A stretch of DNA of 64,000 nucleotides from an uncultured Verrucomicrobiae bacterium (GTDB taxonomy: Bacteria > Verrucomicrobiota > Verrucomicrobiia > Limisphaerales > UBA11358). This document shows, in pieces, positions 58,613-64,000 of the stretch. Below the pieces are notes generated by a model. It saw nothing but the letters and a program-made list of their open reading frames with translations. It was not told the DNA's origin and did not search any database. The number at the start of each line of letters is the position of its first letter. Within the stretch, counting starts at the first letter, position 1. A program made the translations under genes and the position numbers. The stretch lies in NCBI GenBank assembly GCA_963827815.1, contig CAWHCL010000002.1, positions 37,749 to 101,748 of the forward strand, written 5' to 3'.

Positions 58613-61600
58613 TCAGGAATTCTCCCGGAGAACGTCATGCAGCATTTTCAGCACGGCTTCGGCAGTGTAGGGCTTGGCGATGAAATGCGGGATGTTGGCA
58701 CCCGCCTTGTTACCGGTATCAAAACCACTGGAGCCGATGATTTTGACATCGGGGTTGATGCCTTTAAGGGCGGTGATGGCGGCCGGCCCGTCCATCACCG
58801 GCATGGCCATATCGGTGATGACAACGGCAATTTCGTTCCGGAGGGAAGCATAAAGCCTGACGGCTTCGGCGCCATCAGCAGCGAGCAGGACACGATAGCC
58901 GAAACGCTCCAGGATTTGTTTCACAATATTGCGGATGGGCTCCTCGTCGTCCACGACCAGCACCAATTCATTGTGACCGCGCAGCGGCCCGGGTTTCTCC
59001 CCCGTGACAATTTCAACGTCGGGCGAGTCACCAACGGGAAGATAAACCTTAAAGGTGCTGCCCTTGCCGGGTTCGCTGTAACAATGGATGAAACCGCCGT
59101 GGCTTTTGACAATGGCCAAGGTGGTGGACAAACCCAAACCGGTCCCCTTGCCATGCTCCTTGGTTGTGAAAAAAGGCTCGAATATCCGGTCCTGGACTTC
59201 CCGAGCCATCCCCACGCCGGTGTCTGTAACATTGATGACCACATAGCGTCCGGGCCTGGCTTCCAAATTCGCAGCGGCATAGGTTTCGTCGAGCACCGTG
59301 TTTTCCAGTCGGATGGACAAATTGCCGCCGCCGGGCATGGCATCGCGCGCGTTGACGCAGAGATTTAGCATGACTTGTTCGATTTGCGTCGCATCGCCGG
59401 AAATTTTCCAAAGGTCGGGGGCAACTTCCAGTTGCAACCGGATGGACTTCGGAAAAGTTTCCTGGACAATCCCCTTGATTTCCCGGGCGATGTGCTTGAT
59501 CTGGATCATGACGCGTTCACCCTTGATTCCACGTCCAAAAGTCAGCACCTGTTTGACCAGGTCCGCGCCTCGATTGATGTTGGCTTCAAGGGTGGCGATC
59601 AATCTCCGCCCGTCGGCGTCGGAGACTTTATCCCTCAACAACTGGACTGAGATGAGGAGCGGCGCCAGCACGTTGTTGAGGTCGTGCGCGATGCCACCGG
59701 CCAGTGTGCCGATGCTTTCCATCCGCTGTGCGCGCAGGAACTGGGCTTCCAGCTTTTTCTTTTCGGTGACGTCGTTGAAAACGAGCAGCAGGTGGGGTTC
59801 GCCATTCTGGACGAAAGGGCTGAAGTGGCACACCAGGGAGACTTCCTTGCCAAACGTGCTGATGAAGTTTGCCTCGCAGTACCGCGTCTCTTTCGTGGCC
59901 AGGGCCTCTTCCGCGAGTCGCAGCATGCCGGAGGCGCGCCACGGCACGATCTGCCGGAAATCCTGCTCTAAAATCTGGGGCACTGTGGCGTTGAGCGTCC
60001 GCGCGGCGATTTCGTTCGCCAACACGCAACGACCGGATGCCTTGAAAACAACAATTCCCACCGGGGCGTCCGATATGATTTTCTGGTTAAAATGAAGCGC
60101 CTCTGCCAATTTCTGCTCCGCGTGCTTGTAATCGGTGATGTCCTCCGAGATGCCGAGCAGGTAGGTCAACGACCCGGAGTTGTCGAAGACCGGGATTTTT
60201 TTGGTGTGCAGGATGCGCTCCCCCTTTTCACGGGTTTTCACGGGTTCTTCCGGGATGTCCACAACCACCCGCCCGTGCAGCACGACCCGATCCTTCTCTG
60301 TAAAGTAATCAGCCTGCTCTTTTGGAAATAAGTCGTAATCGTTCTTCCCGGCCAACTCTTCCAGTGAATAACCGAGCAGCTTCTGTCCCGCCTCGTTGAA
60401 TTTGACGAATCGAAGCTCCTTCGCGTCCTTGACGAAAATCATGTGAGGAATCTTTTCAATGACTGTGTTCAGGAACGCTTCACTGTCCCGCAGCGCCGTC
60501 TCCGCCTGCTTGCGCCCAGTGATGTCGAACAGGATGCCCTGTGATCCCACAATTTTTCCGGCCGAATCGAATGTTGGCGATTTCACGACGTATAAATGCT
60601 GCTCCCTGCCACCCGCATCCACGCCATGTTCCTCCACTTCGATTGGCCGGCCGGTCTGCATGATCTGTTGATGGTGGTCCGTGCCTTGAGCCGCCAACTG
60701 GCTGATGATGGATGGATTGGCGCCACCCGCAACCAATTCAACCGTGGCCACTTCCTGCGGTATTTTGCCGAGGAACAGTTCAGCCTTCACACCTTTGAGC
60801 CGACAAAACCAGGGATTGACGAAAACATATCGGCCTTCGGCATTTTTGCGGAAGACACCGGCGGGCAATTGCTCGACCAGTGAATGATAGAGCGCCTGCG
60901 ATTCGCGCAACGATTCCTCCGCCTGCTTGCGCGCAGTGATGTCTGTAATGGTGCCGACGTATCCGACGACATGCCCGGCCTCGTCCTTTTCGGGAATAGC
61001 CTGGCCCATGACCCAGGAGATGGTCCCATCGGAATGTACAAAGCGGTAATCCGCTTTGGAGGCGCTCTGCGCCCTGGCGGCGGCCTGCCAGCTTTGGGCA
61101 AGCTTTTCCCGATCATCCGGATGCACCGCGCGCAACCAGCCAACCCCCAACGCATCCGTCGCCAGCAGCCCGGAAATCTCGCACCACGTCGGATTGACGT
61201 AAGTGGTCTGCCCCTGCGCATCCGTCCGGAAAATCCCCACCGGCGAGATAACCGCAAGCGTTTGAAACCGGCGCTCGCTCTCACGTACCGCCTCCTCAGC
61301 TTGCTTGCGCCCGGTAATGTCGCGCGAAATGCCCATGATGCCGATGATTTTCCCTGCGCCATCGAGCCACGGCACCTTCGTGCTGGACACCCATGTGACA
61401 CGCCCATCCTTCCATTCTTCCCGCTCTTCCTTGTCAATCATCGGGCGGCCATTGCGGATGATTTCCTGTTCATCCTCAAATGCAGGGCGTGCGTGCGCCT
61501 CATCAAAGAAGTCAAAATCCGTCTTGCCCGCTAATTCATCAGGGGATTCCACCCCAAATTGGACGGCCAGGGCTTTGCTGCATTTGACAAAGCGGGATTG

Positions 61601-62821
61601 GGTGTCCTTGAAATATATTTTGTCCGGGGAATTATCCAGCATTGTTCGCCACAAATCCCGTTCGCGATTCAGATCGGCTTCCACCTGCTTGCGCTTGGTG
61701 ATGACGTTAAAGACAGCCACGAAGAATTCCTTTTCCGGGCTGTAGACAGAAATGGCAAACCACTGCTGCATTGCCTGAATATACATCTCAAACTGCTCGG
61801 GCTTGCCGGTCAGGGACACCCGGGCGTAAATCTTGAACAATTCAGGGTCTTTTTGAGCGATGCCCGGAATGACCTCGGAGACCCGCTTCCCGGAAACATC
61901 CTTCAAGCCCGTCAGCTTCTCAAACATCTGGTTGACGGAAATGTAAATCCAATCCGTCGGTTCACCGTTCTCGAAAATCATCCGGCAATGGGCAAATCCC
62001 TCGACCATGTGCTCGAACAGGCTGCGGTAGCGTTCTTCGCTTACCCGCAGCGCCTCCTCCGCCTGCTTGCGCGCGGAGGCGTCCGAAAAGATCCCCAGCA
62101 CACCGGTGACCTTTCCACTGTCATTCCGCACCGGTGTCTTGAAAGTGTGAACCCAGACTTCCCGGCCGTCCTGAATGTATTTTTCGTCAAACTCCTCCGT
62201 CTGGCCCTTCCGCATGATGCGCCGGTCATCCGCCCGGTATTTATCGGCCAGTTCCTTGGGATAAAAATCGTAGTCCGTCTTGCCGGCCACTTCTTCGGGC
62301 TTGATGCGGAGATCGCGCGCGTAATTCTCGTTGACCGAAAGATAGTGATAGTCCCCGCCCTTGATGAAAATCTTTTGCGGCAGAGTTTCCACGAGCGTCC
62401 GGAATTTAATCTCGCTTTGCCGCAGCGTTTCCTCCGCCTTCTGGCGCGCCAGGGCATACCGCACCGCACGGATCAGAGGCCTCACGCTGACCTGGCCCTT
62501 GACGAGATAATCCTGCGCGCCATGCTTCACGGCGGCGATGGCCAGTTCGTGGTCATCATTCCCGGCCAGCACAATCACCGGAACTTCCGGCGCCGCTTTC
62601 TGCAATGCGTGGAAGGTTTGCAATCCCTCGCTGTCGGGGAGGGTGAGGTTCAGCAGGACGATATCAATGCCCTTTTGTTCCAGACGGGTGAGCGCCTCGG
62701 AAAGTTTCCGCACCGACTCGATCTGAAAGTGCAACGGTCCGGCTTGCGGCAACATCTCATGAATGAAACCGGCGTCAGCCGGATTACCTTCAACGATGAG
62801 GATGCGCAGCCCTTCGCTCAT
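58613..62821 (-). CDS. Hybrid sensor histidine kinase / response regulator: REC - about 8 PAS/PAC - HisKA - HATPase_c - REC
   Basis: N-terminal receiver ILIVEGNPADA..DIVLLNLTLPDSEG. Repeated PAS/PAC units each end ..DITxRKQAEEAL. H-box GGIAHDLNNVLAPL, N-box LNLCVNARDAM, G-boxes DTGVGM and GTGLGLS. C-terminal receiver LVVDDEEP..VITDMAMPVMDG. ATG 62821 chosen. Confidence 0.92.
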   Translation of the reverse strand: MSEGLRILIVEGNPADAGFIHEMLPQAGPLHFQIESVRKLSEALTRLEQKGIDIVLLNLTLPDSEGLQTFHALQKAAPEVPVIVLAGNDDHELAIAAVKHGAQDYLVKGQVSVRPLIRAVRYALARQKAEETLRQSEIKFRTLVETLPQKIFIKGGDYHYLSVNENYARDLRIKPEEVAGKTDYDFYPKELADKYRADDRRIMRKGQTEEFDEKYIQDGREVWVHTFKTPVRNDSGKVTGVLGIFSDASARKQAEEALRVSEERYRSLFEHMVEGFAHCRMIFENGEPTDWIYISVNQMFEKLTGLKDVSGKRVSEVIPGIAQKDPELFKIYARVSLTGKPEQFEMYIQAMQQWFAISVYSPEKEFFVAVFNVITKRKQVEADLNRERDLWRTMLDNSPDKIYFKDTQSRFVKCSKALAVQFGVESPDELAGKTDFDFFDEAHARPAFEDEQEIIRNGRPMIDKEEREEWKDGRVTWVSSTKVPWLDGAGKIIGIMGISRDITGRKQAEEAVRESERRFQTLAVISPVGIFRTDAQGQTTYVNPTWCEISGLLATDALGVGWLRAVHPDDREKLAQSWQAAARAQSASKADYRFVHSDGTISWVMGQAIPEKDEAGHVVGYVGTITDITARKQAEESLRESQALYHSLVEQLPAGVFRKNAEGRYVFVNPWFCRLKGVKAELFLGKIPQEVATVELVAGGANPSIISQLAAQGTDHHQQIMQTGRPIEVEEHGVDAGGREQHLYVVKSPTFDSAGKIVGSQGILFDITGRKQAETALRDSEAFLNTVIEKIPHMIFVKDAKELRFVKFNEAGQKLLGYSLEELAGKNDYDLFPKEQADYFTEKDRVVLHGRVVVDIPEEPVKTREKGERILHTKKIPVFDNSGSLTYLLGISEDITDYKHAEQKLAEALHFNQKIISDAPVGIVVFKASGRCVLANEIAARTLNATVPQILEQDFRQIVPWRASGMLRLAEEALATKETRYCEANFISTFGKEVSLVCHFSPFVQNGEPHLLLVFNDVTEKKKLEAQFLRAQRMESIGTLAGGIAHDLNNVLAPLLISVQLLRDKVSDADGRRLIATLEANINRGADLVKQVLTFGRGIKGERVMIQIKHIAREIKGIVQETFPKSIRLQLEVAPDLWKISGDATQIEQVMLNLCVNARDAMPGGGNLSIRLENTVLDETYAAANLEARPGRYVVINVTDTGVGMAREVQDRIFEPFFTTKEHGKGTGLGLSTTLAIVKSHGGFIHCYSEPGKGSTFKVYLPVGDSPDVEIVTGEKPGPLRGHNELVLVVDDEEPIRNIVKQILERFGYRVLLAADGAEAVRLYASLRNEIAVVITDMAMPVMDGPAAITALKGINPDVKIIGSSGFDTGNKAGANIPHFIAKPYTAEAVLKMLHDVLRENS

Positions 62822-63142
62822 CTTTTCACTCTCTTTGGCCGCTGCGTCAGGCCGTAACGCAGATCGCCGACATAGTTGCCACCGCGTCGGGGGGAGACCA
62901 TGGACCCGCTGTTGCCGCAATTGTCCTCACCGGTGGGGGGGATTTTAGCAAACTTCATAAAAGACGGTAACAGTCGTCATACCAAGGGCTTGTTCTTGCG
63001 TTCAGGATAGTTGATGACTTTTGAATTGTAAAGAAGAACATCGTCTCGTTTGCCGTCCCGGACTCGAAGGCGGATTTGTCAAAAAACGAATCCCCCCAGC
63101 GGAGGAAAAACAGCCCGTCACAGAAATGCCGTGCCCTTCCAG

Positions 63143-63985
63143 CTATTGCCCTGCGGTCGTTCCCGGGGAAATGTGTTCCAATATTTTCACGCCGAACGCA
63201 CCACTTTGCAGCGGTTCGCTGCCAACGAGATAGACCGGTTTGTAATTCCGCCTCACCCATTGCATCACGTCGAAGCCATAGCCCTTTTGCAGGCCGAAAT
63301 ATGGAACGCCATACTCGGAACTGTCCCGCTGGATCAGGACGATGTAGTCCGGCGGATTTTTCTCGTAGGCGGCCAGCATAGTTTGCTCGCCAAAGGCCCA
63401 AACCTCGAACGCGAACACCGCGTAAGGCGTAGGGTTATCGCGACGCGTGAGATAATTGAGCATCACACCTTCGGGCAGGACGGCGACCGTGTTGGCCGGC
63501 GCGGTATTTGTTTCAATCCACGCGGCAGCCGACGCCATCCCCGCGCCGGTCGGGTCAATCTTCGGGTCATAGACGACAATCCGGTCGCCGCCCGCACCCA
63601 GCGTGAAATCCTTGTCCTTGTAAAAAAGGGCGGATTGGATGGTCAAACGTGCCAAGCCCACTAGCAGGAAAATCAAAATGGCGACGCGGAACGTTTTTAT
63701 TCGGGTCTGAGTTCCGGGTTCTGGGTTCTCGGGAAAGACGCCAGACGCCAGCGCACGCGGCAGCAGATGGAGGAGCAAGTAAATGGTGGACAGAAAAGCG
63801 GGCATAGCCAAAAAAACGCCGTAGTGCGAAATGCGCGGATTGAAGCCGAGCTTGGCCAGCATCGTGAAACTGAATGCCAGCCACAAGGCGGGAAAAAACA
63901 GCGACGAGGATGGAGACTTGAAGGTGGAGGATAGAGCGGAAACTTTTGTCATCTTCCATTTTCCACCTTCCATCTTCGCTTCCAA
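63143..63985 (-). CDS. Membrane protein resembling the C-terminal part of a PMT/ArnT-type glycosyltransferase (possibly 5'-truncated)
   Basis: 3-4 TM helices, then a soluble domain (VYDPKIDPTGAGMASAAAWIETNT..PDYIVLIQRD..YGFDVMQWVRRNYKPVY). The first ~12 codons (MEAKMEGGKWKM) are encoded by the purine-rich repeat, so start and completeness are uncertain. Confidence 0.55.
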   Translation of the reverse strand: MEAKMEGGKWKMTKVSALSSTFKSPSSSLFFPALWLAFSFTMLAKLGFNPRISHYGVFLAMPAFLSTIYLLLHLLPRALASGVFPENPEPGTQTRIKTFRVAILIFLLVGLARLTIQSALFYKDKDFTLGAGGDRIVVYDPKIDPTGAGMASAAAWIETNTAPANTVAVLPEGVMLNYLTRRDNPTPYAVFAFEVWAFGEQTMLAAYEKNPPDYIVLIQRDSSEYGVPYFGLQKGYGFDVMQWVRRNYKPVYLVGSEPLQSGAFGVKILEHISPGTTAGQ

Positions 63986-63991
63986 ACGCCA
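63908..63991. repeat. GGAAGATGG-type purine/pyrimidine-rich repeat, third locus (inverted orientation)
   Basis: ggatggagacttgaaggtggagg faces catcttccattttccaccttccatcttcgcttcc. The latter is the reverse complement of the GGAAGATGG microsatellite seen at 10628-10708 and 12637-12717. Confidence 0.8.
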
Positions 63992-64000
63992 TTCGCGCCA

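Noticed and set aside
61559-62857. A 432-aa plus-strand ORF (and several 200-270-aa ones) antisense to the hybrid histidine kinase
   Set aside because: Shadow ORFs. The minus strand encodes an uninterrupted multi-PAS kinase with all catalytic boxes.
62955-63401. A 148-aa minus-strand ORF downstream of, and overlapping, the glycosyltransferase-like gene
   Set aside because: It overlaps the better-supported 63143..63985 CDS in another frame. The product is Arg/Trp-rich with no motifs.

Overview
A 64-kb chromosomal segment, coded mostly on the minus strand and roughly 55-60% GC by eye. It is probably from a free-living Verrucomicrobiota/Planctomycetota-type bacterium. That is an inference from giant PATR/Fn3/beta-helix surface proteins, HAF repeats, a Tat-signal glycosidase and lineage-typical intergenic repeats. 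I can support about 47 protein-coding loci. These include envelope proteins (Trp-rich repeat proteins, DUF4142, two small OM beta-barrels) and response regulators. There is also a plant-cell-wall glycan set: GH53 galactanase, a GH43-like gene, GH29 fucosidase and two tandem ~1600-aa PL4 rhamnogalacturonan-lyase paralogues. Other loci are a 1727-aa internally triplicated beta-helix/PKD protein, MacA/MacB-type efflux and a Bcr/CflA MFS pump. Housekeeping genes present are trpA, aroC, a GDP-mannose pyrophosphorylase, an aquaporin, an aldo/keto reductase and a flavoprotein disulfide reductase. There is also an ECF sigma factor fused to a polytopic membrane domain and a ~1400-aa multi-PAS hybrid histidine kinase. 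I recognised no rRNA, tRNA, CRISPR array, transposase or integrase. Four observations stand out. (1) A family of GTAGG...CCTAC-terminated palindromic elements: two copies sit in-frame inside the disulfide-reductase gene, and two intergenic copies donate the TAG stop codon of the upstream gene. (2) A TcmP / Gp37-Gp68 (DUF5131) two-gene cassette of unknown function, with the DUF5131 partner frameshifted and a strong GC contrast between the partners. (3) Five genes are broken by single-nucleotide frameshifts while three ORFs of more than 1400 codons stay intact. (4) Several other short interspersed intergenic repeat families, including purine-rich GGGAGATGGAAGAT microsatellites bracketing a DUF3592 gene. 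I see no clear-cut, complete novel multi-gene system. All family calls come from motif recognition by eye; no database search was run.
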